A stretch of DNA of 24,000 bases from Mycoplasma phocimorsus (GCF_030077865.1 NZ_JASDDP010000015.1), one strand, 5' to 3'; shown: positions 1 to 10,562, counted from the stretch's first letter. Notes: generated by a model from the sequence alone, not told the origin. Made by a program: numbers and translations.

Positions 1-1
1 A

Positions 2-391
2 AGCTTTTATCTTCATAAATATCTTCAACTTTTAATGAATAAAGACATTAAACTTTTAGAAGAAAAATGGGATTTATCTCAAGAAGAATCAAAATTTTTA
101 GCAGCATGAAAAGCCGAACTAAATAGCGAAGAAAAAAATCTAATAAAAAATGCTATAAAAGAAAATAAAAAAATAACAAAAGCAAATTTCTTTTTTAATC
201 CATTTTCTAATGGGAAAGAAATTGTAAATATGGGAATGTTGGAATTTGAATATGATGGCTTTTCATATAAAAGAAAATATAATAATTTAAAAAATATTAC
301 TTTCATTCAAAAAGAAAACGGCATTTTAATTAAATGTCCAATTGATGAAAATGAATTTTTAGATGTATTACAACAGGAGGAGGTGATTTAA
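2..391 (+). CDS. 3' end of a hypothetical protein gene; the 5' part lies outside the window
   Basis: Frame 2 is open from the window edge to TAA at 389-391 when TGA at 107-109 is read as Trp. The stop overlaps the next ATG in a TAATG junction, so it is probably co-transcribed with the ABC transporter. No recognisable motif. Confidence 0.5.
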
Positions 392-3336
392 TGAGTTTGA
401 TTTCTGTATTACAACAAAATGATAATAAAACTACTAAGGCTGTTAAAGATATAAAAATAAAAGAAAAGATAATTTCTTTAACAAATCATTATAAATCTGT
501 TAAAAAAAGAATTAAAACTGATTTAAAAGAAAAAAATAGAATAGCTTCAACAGAATATAAAAATGAAATTTTGGTTTTAAAATCATTAAAAAGACTTTAT
601 TGAAATGAAGTTAAAAAACAAAAAGCTAAGCTTGAATATAAAATAGCTCAAGAAAAAGCTTTAGTAAAAATTATTGATGGTAAAAATGTTGAATTAGAGC
701 TTAAAAATGCAATTGAAAAAAATCAACTAGAAACATTAATATTTTCTCAATCAAATGAACAAGAGAATATTAATTCCTTAAAAGAATTAAGCTCAAAAGC
801 ACTTTTAAATACTCAAAATAAAGATCGTATTAAAAAATACAAACAAGAATTTCAAATGGAAATAAAAAATTTAAAAGAAAAGTATTTTTATGCGGAAGAA
901 TCAAGAAAAAATAAAACCATTAAATTAATCAAAAAATTAAAAGAAAAATTAAATTTAGAATTAAAACAAATTAAAAAAGAAAATAAATTATCATTAATAG
1001 AAAATGAAACAAAATATAAAAATGCTATTTTAAATGCAAAAAAAGATTACATATCAGCACTTCATTTTATTAGAAATAATGATATTTATTTAAATTCTTA
1101 TGGTGATCCTGTTTCAGAAATTTTGGGTTTAAAAGAAATAATATCTTTAGTCAAATCTAAAAAATTTAACGATATTTTAAATATATCTGAAATAAAAAAT
1201 ACTAAAAGAAATGCAATAGTTAAAAAATTTAATATAACAAAAAGTCAAATTAATAATATTGTTGAAAGATTTCAAGTAAATGAAGAAAAATATACTAATG
1301 ACTTAATATTGGCTCATAATTCTTTCTTTATTTATAAAAAAATACTAATTGAAAATTTAACAGAAGAGCGTATTATACTTTTATTAAATGATCTAAAAAA
1401 AGCTAATTCACAATTTATATCATTAAATAACTTTAGTGGATTAGATTCAATTAAAACTCAGTATGAAAATGGTGATTTTGATATTGAATTTATTGAAATT
1501 ACAACAAAAAATAAAAAATTCTTTAAAGAATTAAAATCAGCTGCTTTAAAAATTAAAAAATGTATTAAAACAATTAATTTTACCCAAGCAGAAAAATTAA
1601 TTGAGTTAACTCTTAATTATGATACTTATTTAGAAAAAGTAAAAATTATGGATCGTTTTGCTCAAAATAGAGAAATAATTAAATCAAAACTTGAAGCAAA
1701 AGTACCTAATAAAGATAAAATTAAAAATCAGCAACACATACTTTTAAATGATTATCGTGAAAAAGTATTATGAGTTAAAAACTCTGATTGAACAAAAGAA
1801 GCTAAAAAAAATAAATTAGAAGAACTAAAATTCAAATTTAAAACATCATTTAGAGCTGTAATTTTAAATGATGAATACTATTCACTTAAAGATCGTTTAA
1901 GATTTTCTTATTTAGAAGAAAAAAGAGAATTAGACAAAGTCCAAAAAATTAATGAAACAACTATAGATGACGAAATTAAGAAAATTCCAACTAAAGCTAA
2001 AAAGGGGAGTGCTTCTTTAGCAACTATTGCAAGTTTCTTATTTCCTGGGATAGGACAAATAATAAATAAAGAATGATTAAAAGGTGGAATTTTCTTAATA
2101 ATTTCATTAATTCTTTACATAATTTTAGTGCCATATATTTTTGGTGCTTACCCTCTTCCTCAAACTGTAGAAATTTCTGGAGTATTAAATGGTATATTCG
2201 GATTTTGAAATTTATCGCCTTCTATTGATATTGGTGGTGGTTTTGGTATTAACTATCACGATCCAAGAATTAGAATTATTGAGGGCATTATTTCAATTAT
2301 ATTTATTGTATTTTGAATTCTAATTGCTATTAGTGCTAGTGCAGATGCATATAGAAGTGGCAAGCTCAGAGAATTAGGATATAGACAAAAAAATAATAGA
2401 GATACTATTAAATTCTTAAAAGGACAAGGGTTGCCTTTACTATTTTCATTACCAGCATTTATTATGATTATGTTTATTGTTATTCTTCCATTAATAGCAA
2501 CAATCTTAATTGCATTTACAAATTATGGAGCTAAAGGTCACCAACCTCCATCAAATCCACTTAATTGAATAGGTTTTGATAACTTTAAGGATTTATTTAC
2601 AGGTTCATCAGGTAGATCATTTAGTTATGTAACTTCATGAACTTTAATATGAACATTTTCAGTAACAATTATTACTATTGTTGTAGGAACATTATTAGCT
2701 CTTATTGTTGATAACCCAAGAATGAAAGCTAAAAAACTTTGATCATTAATATTTATCTTGCCTTGAAGTGTTCCAGCTTTTGCTACAATTTTATTTTTTA
2801 AAGCAGCATTTGTTGGTGCTGGTACACAAACATACTATAATGAATTTTTTCATTCAAATGTAGCTTTTGCTTCTAACTATCATATTATGAGAATTCTTTT
2901 AATTTCAATTCAAGTATGATTAGGTCATTCATATGTTTTCTTATTAGTTAGTGGTATTAAAAAGGGGATTCCTGAAGATCTTTATGAAGCTTCTTCAATT
3001 GATGGATCTTCACAACAACAAAAATTTTCAAAAATTACAGCTCCACTTATTCTTCAACAAATTGCTCCATTATTAATTGGACAATTCTTATTTAACTTTA
3101 ATAACTTTGGATTAATCTTCATGTTTTCAGGTGGAGATCCACAGCCAAGTGAATTTATTGGAGAAGGTTCACCAGGAGCAACAGATATTATTATTTCATT
3201 AATATTTAAAATAACAACAGCAGAAAACGCGAAAATTGGTTTAGCTTCAGCATTTACAATGATTATGTCAGTATTTATTGTTGGATTAAGTTTAATTATG
3301 TTCTTAAGAACAAAAGCATTTAAGAAAGAGGAATAA
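391..3336 (+). CDS. Carbohydrate ABC transporter permease, MalF/MdxF-like (CUT1), 981 aa, with a ~540-aa Lys/Glu-rich N-terminal extension
   Basis: A codon-by-codon read of frame 1 from 391 to 3336 shows no TAA or TAG, only TGA, joining ORF-track pieces 391-603, 856-1773 and 3121-3336. A strong SD (GGAGGAGGTG) lies just upstream of ATG 391. The C-terminal ~440 aa has several hydrophobic segments, the motif 'FPGIGQIINKEWLKGGIF' and the EAA loop 'EASSIDGSSQQQKFSKITAPL'. Confidence 0.85.
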
Positions 3337-3337
3337 T

Positions 3338-5044
3338 ATGGAAAGTAAAATGACTAAAAATAATAAATTATCTTTTTTATCTCGTTTAATAAGAAAACTT
3401 AATCCTCTTGCCAATTCATATGCTAAAGCTTACCAAATAAAATTAAAAAATAAATATCAAGAATATATTAATAACTTTTTAGAAAATCAAGAACATAATA
3501 AAGTAATTTCAAGAAATGATTTAAGAGCAATTAAAGTATTTAATGCTAAAAATGATACTAAAAATGCTTTAAGTATTTATACACAAGAAATATTAGCTAC
3601 CAATAGTAATAATGAACCTATCATTCTAATGGTAAAACTTTTATCCTTATACTCAAGCTATTTACCGCTTTCTTCAAATGCTCGCTATAAAACACTTAAA
3701 TTAAATAATATATTTGAAAAATTAATTTTGGCCCATGTTTCAACAATGTCAAATGAATGACAGGAAGATATAAAAAAATTAATTGAAACAAAAAAAGAAT
3801 TAATGTTACAAAAACAAAATGTAGTTGATTTTGAAGTAGATGTTCAAAGAAATTTTTACTGAAATTTAACACAAAAAGTAGTTGACATAATTCAAAAACA
3901 TGTAGAACAAATTGTCGAAATTCCTCATAATATTTACTGACTAATTGCGAAATCACAAATTTTATTAAATGAATCTTTATTTTATTTAAAACAAAAAAAT
4001 CAGTATTCATTAGCAAAAATTATTGATTATGAACATGTAAGTTTTATTAATGCAAATACATATCTTGAATTAAAAGAAACTATTATTAATTCTCCAATAA
4101 TAAATTGTAATAGTTATTTAACTCACTTAAGTGAAACAAGTAAATACATAAGATTATCTGACTTGCCACCAATTACATTATTTGACATAATTAAATTAGT
4201 TATCTCATATGCACTTTTAATTATGTGATCGGTAATAATTATTACGCCATTAGTGCAAATGATTATTAAATCATTTGATAGTAATTCTATTCAATACTTG
4301 ACAGCAGTACCTAATAATGGATTAAATAATCCATGATATTTCCATTATGAAAATTTATTTATAGGTACACAATTTAGATATTGACTAACTAATTCAATAA
4401 TAATTGCTACTTCTACAATGACTCTTACTGTTGGATTTACATTATTACTTGCTTATGCATTTAGTAGGTTTAGATTTCCAGGAAGAAAAAAATCTATTAT
4501 GGCAATAATGATTATTCAAATGGTACCATCAGTAGCAGCGCTTGCAGCTATCTTAGTGCTTTGAAAAATCTTTGTTCAAGTATCACCATCATCATCTAAT
4601 AAACAAATATTATCAATTATTTTCTTAACGATAATTTATACAGGCGGCGGGTTAACTGGTAATACATTTATATTAAAAGGTTATATTGATTCAATTCCTG
4701 TTGACCTTGATGAAGCAGCAAAAATTGATGGCGCTTCAACTATTAAAGTATTTACAACGGTTATAATACCACTTGCAAAACCAATGATTGCAATTGTAGC
4801 ATTATGATCATTTATTGGTCCATTTGGAGACATTATCTTACCTAAATTATTATTTGGTTCAGATTCTGATGCTCTTAAACAATATACAATGGCTGCTGGA
4901 TTATTTTCTTTAATTACAGGTAGAACTGTTTTACAACATGAATTTTTAGCTGGAGCTATAATTACAGCAGTTCCTCTAACAATCTTATTTATACTAACGC
5001 AAAAATTTTTAGTATCAGGTTTAACTAAAGGAGCAGTGAAATAA
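3338..5044 (+). CDS. Carbohydrate ABC transporter permease, MalG-like, 568 aa, with a ~285-aa N-terminal extension
   Basis: Frame 2 is open from ATG 3338 (SD AAGAAAGAGGA) to TAA 5042-5044 with only TGA interruptions, checked line by line. EAA motif 'DEAAKIDGASTIKVFTTVIIPLAKP' is present. The first TM segment starts near residue 285. The stop overlaps the ATPase ATG (TAATG). Confidence 0.85.
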
Positions 5045-6129
5045 TGAAAATAGAATTTAGAAATATTGCCAAAAAATATGCAGGACGTGAAAATTACACA
5101 CTTCAAGATATTAACTTTAAGATAGATGATCAAGAATTCATCGCTCTTTTAGGACCTTCTGGTTGTGGAAAATCTACGCTTTTAAGAATGTTGGCAGGAT
5201 TAAACTCAATTACTAAAGGAGATTTACTATTCGATAATATTCGTGTTAATGGTCTTTCTCCCAAAGATCGTGATATTGCTATGGTTTTTCAATCATATGC
5301 TTTATATCCACATTACAATGTTTATGATAATATTGCTTTTGGCTTAAAAATCAGACATGAACCAAAAGACTTAATTGACAAAAGAGTTAATTATGTCGCT
5401 AAAACTTTAAAAATTGAAGAATATCTTTCAAATAAGCCGGGAGATATTTCTGGAGGGCAAAGACAACGTGTGGCTTTAGGTAGAGCGATAGCTAGAAAGC
5501 CTAAGCTATTCTTAATGGATGAGCCATTATCAAATTTAGATGCAAAACTACGTGAAAACATGCGTAGTGAAATTGTTAAAATTCATAAACTACTTAAAAC
5601 CACAACTGTTTATGTTACACATGATCAACTTGAAGCGATGACAATGGCTGACAGAGTTATTTTAATGAATGCTTCAGTAATTCAGCAAATTGGAAAACCA
5701 AGAGAATTATATGAAAGACCAGCCAATATTTTTGTTGCTAAATTTATTGGTACACCAACAATGAATATTTTGAAAGTTAAAAAATCAGGCGATACACTTT
5801 CACTTGATGGTCGTTTAATAATTAAATTAAGTTTAGAACAACAAAAGTTACTTGAAAACTATGAAAATAACCAATTATATATTGGTATTCGCTCAGAAAA
5901 TATTAGCCTAACTTCAAAAACTGAAGAATCAAATGTAGAAGTTGAATTAATATTACATGAAATACTAGGTAAAGAGGAGCAGGGACAATTCATATTTGAA
6001 GTAGATAACAATATCGTCGTTACTATGGCGCCTGGTCAAGATTTAACAGTTGGAAATAAATATTTATTAAAATTTGACACCTCTAAACTCCATTTCTTTG
6101 ATGCGGAAAGTGAAAAACGTATTAACTAA
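5044..6129 (+). CDS. Sugar ABC transporter ATP-binding protein (MalK/MsmX/UgpC family), 361 aa
   Basis: Intact ORF with Walker A 'GPSGCGKST', signature 'ISGGQRQRV', Walker B 'LFLMDEPLSNLD' and H-loop 'VYVTHD'. It also has a C-terminal MalK-type regulatory tail. Confidence 0.95.
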   Translation: MKIEFRNIAKKYAGRENYTLQDINFKIDDQEFIALLGPSGCGKSTLLRMLAGLNSITKGDLLFDNIRVNGLSPKDRDIAMVFQSYALYPHYNVYDNIAFGLKIRHEPKDLIDKRVNYVAKTLKIEEYLSNKPGDISGGQRQRVALGRAIARKPKLFLMDEPLSNLDAKLRENMRSEIVKIHKLLKTTTVYVTHDQLEAMTMADRVILMNASVIQQIGKPRELYERPANIFVAKFIGTPTMNILKVKKSGDTLSLDGRLIIKLSLEQQKLLENYENNQLYIGIRSENISLTSKTEESNVEVELILHEILGKEEQGQFIFEVDNNIVVTMAPGQDLTVGNKYLLKFDTSKLHFFDAESEKRIN

Positions 6130-6153
6130 TTGTAAATTATTATTAATATAGCG

Positions 6154-6200
6154 GCAATGTTTAACATTTATATATAAATGTTAAACATTGCATTTTATTT
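6154..6200 (+). terminator. Rho-independent terminator of the ABC transporter operon
   Basis: Perfect 17-bp inverted repeat, gcaatgtttaacattta (6154-6170) and taaatgttaaacattgc (6175-6191), followed by attttattt. Confidence 0.7.
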
Positions 6201-6276
6201 ATAAGTAAAAATATTAAAAATTATTTAAAAATATATTTATATTTTAAAAATTAAAAAAATAAAATATATTATATTT

Positions 6277-6282
6277 ATATAA
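6277..6282 (+). promoter_or_regulatory. Candidate -10 box (TATAAT) for the lipoprotein gene
   Basis: TATAAT lies about 40 nt upstream of ATG 6324. The AT-rich context makes chance matches likely. Confidence 0.3.
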
Positions 6283-6323
6283 TATTTAAATATAAAAAAA
6301 TGTTAAATTATGAAAGAAGACTT

Positions 6324-7525
6324 ATGATCAGAAGAAATAAATTAATAACAACTTTTCTTGCGTTATCTAGTTGTGCAATTATTACTATTCCGTTAATTTC
6401 GACACAAAATAATGAACAACAATTTAATATTTCGTATATTAATATAGATAATATTTATACTAATAACTTAACAAAAAGCTACACACCAAATAAAAATACA
6501 ATTCTTAACATTCCTAAAACCAAAAAAGGTTATATTTTTCTTAATTGAGTAGATTCAAAATATAACTTTCCTTTAGACTATATCCCTGCTCTAGAAACAG
6601 GTAATATTATTTTAAAACCTATTTTAATCAAAGAATATATTGGTTTTAGTGAAGCAGAAAGGGACTTTTTACTTTCTAAAAAACAAAATCCAATTTTAAA
6701 ACAATTATTAACTAATATTTCATTAGCTAATGGATATGATAAGTTTAAACTTCAAGAAGAGTTTGTATATCAATTTAAAAATAAGATTGAAGCAGGCGTT
6801 GAACAATTAATTGAAAATTTAGAATTGCAATCATATTATATAAATCAAAACCCTAAAAATTATAGGGGGGGGGGGGCTTTGTTTCAAGTGCTGAAACAAT
6901 GCCAAATTCAAGTCTATGATTATTAAAAACACCAAAATCAAAAAAAACTGGAATTTCATCTAATATTTTTTCTGGTTGAGGTCTTAAAGAATATTTATTT
7001 GGGGGATTTCTTTCTTTATTTGGGTTAGGAGCTCTTACTGGAATTGGTTATGGTATTTATAAGGGTGCTGAAGAAATTAAAAAAAGAATTACCGAAAATT
7101 ATCAAAAAAGATTAGAAAAGTCAAAAAATTATGAACTAACTCTTAAGATAAAAAAAGAAGAATATAAAAGTAAAAGTTGATCAATTTATGCACTTGGAAC
7201 AGGTCTTGAGGGGGGTGTAATAGGAACATTTGATAAAAATGTTCCAAATGATAAAAAAAATGCTAATTTTTCAAATAAAGGTGATGGAAATTTTACTATT
7301 AAAATTGAAAATATAATAAATCTTGAAAAAGTATTAATTACTTTAAAAGTAGATAATGTTGGAGCCGAAAACCAAACTCTTCCATTTTATTTTAATAATT
7401 CTAATAATGAAAAAGAAATATATTTATTAAGCGATTATTATGAAATAGATGCGAAAACTAATCCTCCTACAAAAAAAAGAAACCCAATACCTTTAGGAAC
7501 AGTGACTTTTACTAAAGTAATTTAA
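6324..7525 (+). pseudogene. Surface lipoprotein gene frameshifted at an internal G12 tract. As sequenced it encodes a ~200-aa truncated lipoprotein ending at TAA 6924-6926. The downstream reading frame runs to 7525.
   Basis: The N-terminus 'MIRRNKLITTFLALSSC' gives a basic n-region, a hydrophobic core and the lipobox L-S-S-C (an alternative ATG lies at 6300). Frame 3 runs into the G tract and stops 16 codons later. Frame 2 is open from the tract to TAA 7523-7525 (~215 codons) and includes the hydrophobic segment 'FGGFLSLFGLGALTGIGYGIY'. All of this was verified codon by codon. Confidence 0.7.
6865..6876 (+). repeat. Homopolymeric G12 tract inside the lipoprotein coding sequence
   Basis: Direct count gives G at 6865-6876, flanked by tata and cttt. 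Confidence 0.95.
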
Positions 7526-7528
7526 AAA

Positions 7529-7554
7529 GTTACAAAAAATTTGTGACTTTTATT
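7529..7554 (+). terminator. Candidate rho-independent terminator downstream of the lipoprotein gene
   Basis: gttacaaa (7529-7536) pairs with tttgtgac (7540-7547), including one G-U pair, with loop aaa, followed by ttttatt. Confidence 0.5.
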
Positions 7555-7592
7555 CCCGACTTTTTAAATTAAAGGCAAAAAAACTCAAATGT

Positions 7593-8863
7593 AAACATGG
7601 ACAAAAAAATGTCACCATAAAATTTATTTTACACCGCTGCAACTTGCTGTGGTGTTTTTCATCCCAAATTACTTTGAATTCTCTCATTGTTGTATCAATT
7701 TACGAAATTTCTTATAACTTTTTTAAGTTCTTTTAATGTCATCTTGCTTATTTCAATTCTGTTTAAATATTCTGATTTTAGAATTGAGAATCAATATTCA
7801 TTCTCATGATTATCAAGTGAATTACCCACTCTTGAAGGTGATATTTCACCATTATTATTTCTTATTTTATCAATATACACTTTGTTTGTATATTGAAACC
7901 TATGATCAGAATGGATGATGAATTTTTTACTTTTTGTTATTTTTAATAAATCGTTAACATTATCTAAAACAAAATTTAAATTATTATTAGTTTTATAACT
8001 TATAATCGCAGACAAGAAAACATGATTTTATTTAGAATCCCTTGTTCCTTCAATATAAGTTACATCAGTTGCATAAATGTTTCGATTTTGATTATCGTTG
8101 TAATCTTTGTTTACAATGTTCTCAAATTTAGCAGTTGTATCTTTATTTTCGCGTTCTTTGCGTTTTCGTTTAATCTCGAATTTTAAACATAAACGGTTCA
8201 TATCACGACCTAAAGTACGTAAATTTATATAAATATTGTGCTTTTTAGCAATAAATTGACTTAAACGCACTCTTTTATAAACTTTTTTGTGTGAAGCAAA
8301 TGCATTTATGAGAATGTTGTCATATTCTTTAGTTTTTACAACATTTTCTAACTTTTTTCATCTAAATAGTGTTTTTTTAGAAACATTAAATAGCCTTGCT
8401 AATTCATTTATTGATAGTTTGCCTTTATATTCTCTTACTATTAACTTCTTTTGTTCTTTAGTAAGAGTGACATTTTCTTCAAGGATTGAAAGCAACCTAT
8501 CAACTTTAGTAGAGTTCATTTCTTTCAATGTATTCTTAATTCTCAATTTCTTCTTTTCACGTGCTTTATTACCTGGCCTTCTATTTATGCCCCGCTTATC
8601 TTCAACTAATAAATCTTGCATTCCTTTATTATAATATGAAACAATCCTTATAATCCTTCTGATAATGTGGCGTTTTTTGATAAAAGCTAATTTGTGCGAG
8701 ATGTTAATAACTACCTTTATAGCTCTCGCCATCCCTAATCGCTCATGCTCTTTAAAAATTATTTCAATTTTTTTAGTAAAGTGTCTAGACATTTTTCTCC
8801 TATAACATACAGGCGACATAAAAAGACACTCTATAAAAGAGTGCCATTTTTTTGTCCTAGTTT
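7593..8863 (-). mobile_element. IS3-family (IS150-like) insertion sequence, ~1.27 kb; boundaries are approximate
   Basis: Terminal inverted repeats match 20/23: aaacatggacaaaaaaatgtcac (7593-7615) against the reverse complement of 8841-8863, aaactaggacaaaaaaatggcac. They enclose a DDE transposase reading frame. Confidence 0.7.
7629..8792 (-). pseudogene. IS3-family transposase (single fused frame) interrupted by an in-frame TAA
   Basis: One reading frame runs from ATG 8792 (GGAG 4 nt upstream) to TAA 7629-7631 with TGA read as Trp, broken by a true TAA at 8028-8030. Motifs include HTH 'LSINELARLFNVSKKTLFRW' and the DDE elements 'YATDVTYI', 'IIHSDHRFQY' and 'DNHENEYWFSILKSE'. The C-terminus is 'NWYNNERIQSNLGWKTPQQ'. 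Confidence 0.75.
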
Positions 8864-8883
8864 GATTGTGCTTGTTTATTATA

Positions 8884-9762
8884 TTATGCTTTATTCATTT
8901 GTGCAGCAACTTCAGCAGCAAAGTCTGTTTCAACTTTTTCAATACCTTCAGCTAATTCTAAACGTACAAAATTTAAAATTTTTGTTGAATGTTGTTCTAA
9001 GTATTGAGAAACTGTTAATGAAGATTCCATAACAAATGATTGTTTTTCAAGAACAAATTCACTTAATTCTTTATCTACTTTACCGTTAATAATCATTTGT
9101 TGAATTTTTTCTGGTTTTTCAGCTAATGATTCATCAGCTGAAAATTCATCTTTAAGTGCTTGAACAGTTTCAGCAGGAACTTGATCTAAAGTAGCAAATT
9201 TAGGATTCATTGCAGCAACATGCATTGCAACATTACGTAAAGCATTTGCGTCTTTACCTTCACCAGTTACAAGAACAGCAATTTTACTATTGTTATGTGT
9301 ATAACCTGTAACCAAATTTGCTTTTTCTACTTGAATAGCACGACGTAAGGCAATTTTTTCGCCAATAACACCTGTTGCTTCTTCACATAATGTCATTAAA
9401 GATTTACCATCTTTATTTACAAGAGCTGATAATTCATTTTCATTAGTGAATTTTTTACTTAATAATACTTCTTCAATTTCTGATGCTAATTTAAGAAATT
9501 TTTCATTTTGAATTACAAAGTCTGTTTCTGAATTTAATTCATAAACAACTGCAAACATGTCATTTTCAACATATTTAACAATACCTTCAGCAGCTATTCT
9601 TCCTGATTTTTTAGCAGCTTTTTTAAGAATGTTATCATTCAATCATTGAATAGCAGCTTCTAAATCATAATTAGTTTCTTCTAAAGCTCTTTTACAATCA
9701 ATCATTGGAGCATCTGTAATTGCTCTAATTTCTTTAATTAATTCCATTTTTGTTTTTGCCAT
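8884..9762 (-). CDS. tsf: Translation elongation factor Ts
   Basis: N-terminal UBA-like '[40 protein letters not shown]' joins through one TGA to ORF-track piece 8884-9642. The ATG overlaps the rpsB stop (TAATG). The rpsB-tsf order is conserved. Confidence 0.95.
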
Positions 9763-10562
9763 TATTTATCTCCTTTTTCTGCTTCATTTGAGCCTAAATC
9801 AATTTCTTCATCATTTTTGTAAGCATATTGAACTGGTAATTTTTTAGCAGCTGAGATGGCATCAGCTAAAATTGTAATAATTAATTTAATTGTTTTTGTT
9901 GAATCATCATTTGCTGGAATGGCAATATCTAATAAATCTGGATCAAAGTTTGTATCTGCAATACCGATTATTTTAATTCCTTTTTGTCTTGCTTCATGAA
10001 TAGCATTCATGTTGTTGAGTGGATCAGCAACAATCATGATATGTGGAAGGTATTTCATTTTTCTAATACCTTTAAAGTTTGCTTGTAATTTAGCTAATTT
10101 TTTAGCTTTATCAAGCCCTTCTTTTTTAGTATATCCTTCAAAGTTTTTCTTTGCTTGCGCTTCAAGTGTTTCTAAAACACTAACTCTTTTAAAGATTTCT
10201 GAGTGATTTGTAAATGTTCCACCTAATCATCTTTCTGAAACAAAGTATGATCCTGTTTTGATTGCTTGTTCTTCAATTACATCCTTAGCAATTTTTTTTG
10301 TACCTACAAAAATAAATGAAGCTTTTTTTTGTGCTGATTTATTTATATATTGATAAGCATATTCTAAAATTTTAGCTGTTTTTGCTAAATTGATAATGTG
10401 TGTTCCAAACTTTTTCATGTGAATGTATAAAGCCATTTTTGGATTTCACATATCTGATTTATGCCCGAAATAAGCACCTGCCTCTAATAATTTTTCTTTA
10501 GAAACAATATCTTTAACTTTAGCAACTTTTGCTACTTCTTTTTGTTCTTTTTTATTTTCCAT
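9762..10562 (-). CDS. rpsB: 30S ribosomal protein S2
   Basis: Pieces 9762-10058 and 10227-10436, plus an N-terminal part, join through TGA codons; 10059-10229 was checked triplet by triplet. Motifs include '[19 protein letters not shown]', 'SERWLGGTFTN' and '[31 protein letters not shown]'. SD AAAGGA precedes ATG 10562. Confidence 0.95.

Noticed and set aside
79-306. 75-aa minus-strand ORF, and similar tracks at 3696-4016(-), 7736-7918(+), 8287-8634(+), 8745-9032(+), 10009-10206(+), 11792-12046(+), 13657-13842(+), 18353-18637(+), 20866-21048(+) and 21712-21906(-)
   Set aside because: Each is antisense to a gene with strong motif support (ABC permeases, transposase, tsf, rpsB, pepC, smc, fakA, mraZ, obg). 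All have low-complexity, Phe/Leu/Ser-rich translations.
334-390. Upstream ATG at 334 as an alternative start of the MalF-like permease
   Set aside because: It would require three closely spaced TGA Trp codons and would ignore the strong GGAGGAGGTG SD placed correctly for ATG 391. It also overlaps the end of the preceding ORF.
4681-5133. 150-aa minus-strand ORF in the ORF track
   Set aside because: It lies entirely antisense to the well-supported MalG-like permease and ATPase genes. It has no start context or motif, so it is a shadow ORF typical of AT-rich coding DNA.
6130-6300. Highly repetitive AT-only intergenic region (tatata/aaaaat motifs), considered as a possible repeat array or origin-like element
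   Set aside because: It has no regular repeat-spacer periodicity and no DnaA-box-like 9-mers. It is best explained as a terminator plus promoter and curved AT-rich spacer.
6940-7478. A8 runs at 6940-6947, 7253-7260 and 7471-7478 in the distal half of the lipoprotein gene, considered as additional slippage sites
   Set aside because: Poly-A runs of this length are common throughout this AT-rich window, and all three are currently in frame. Nothing in the sequence indicates that they are variable.
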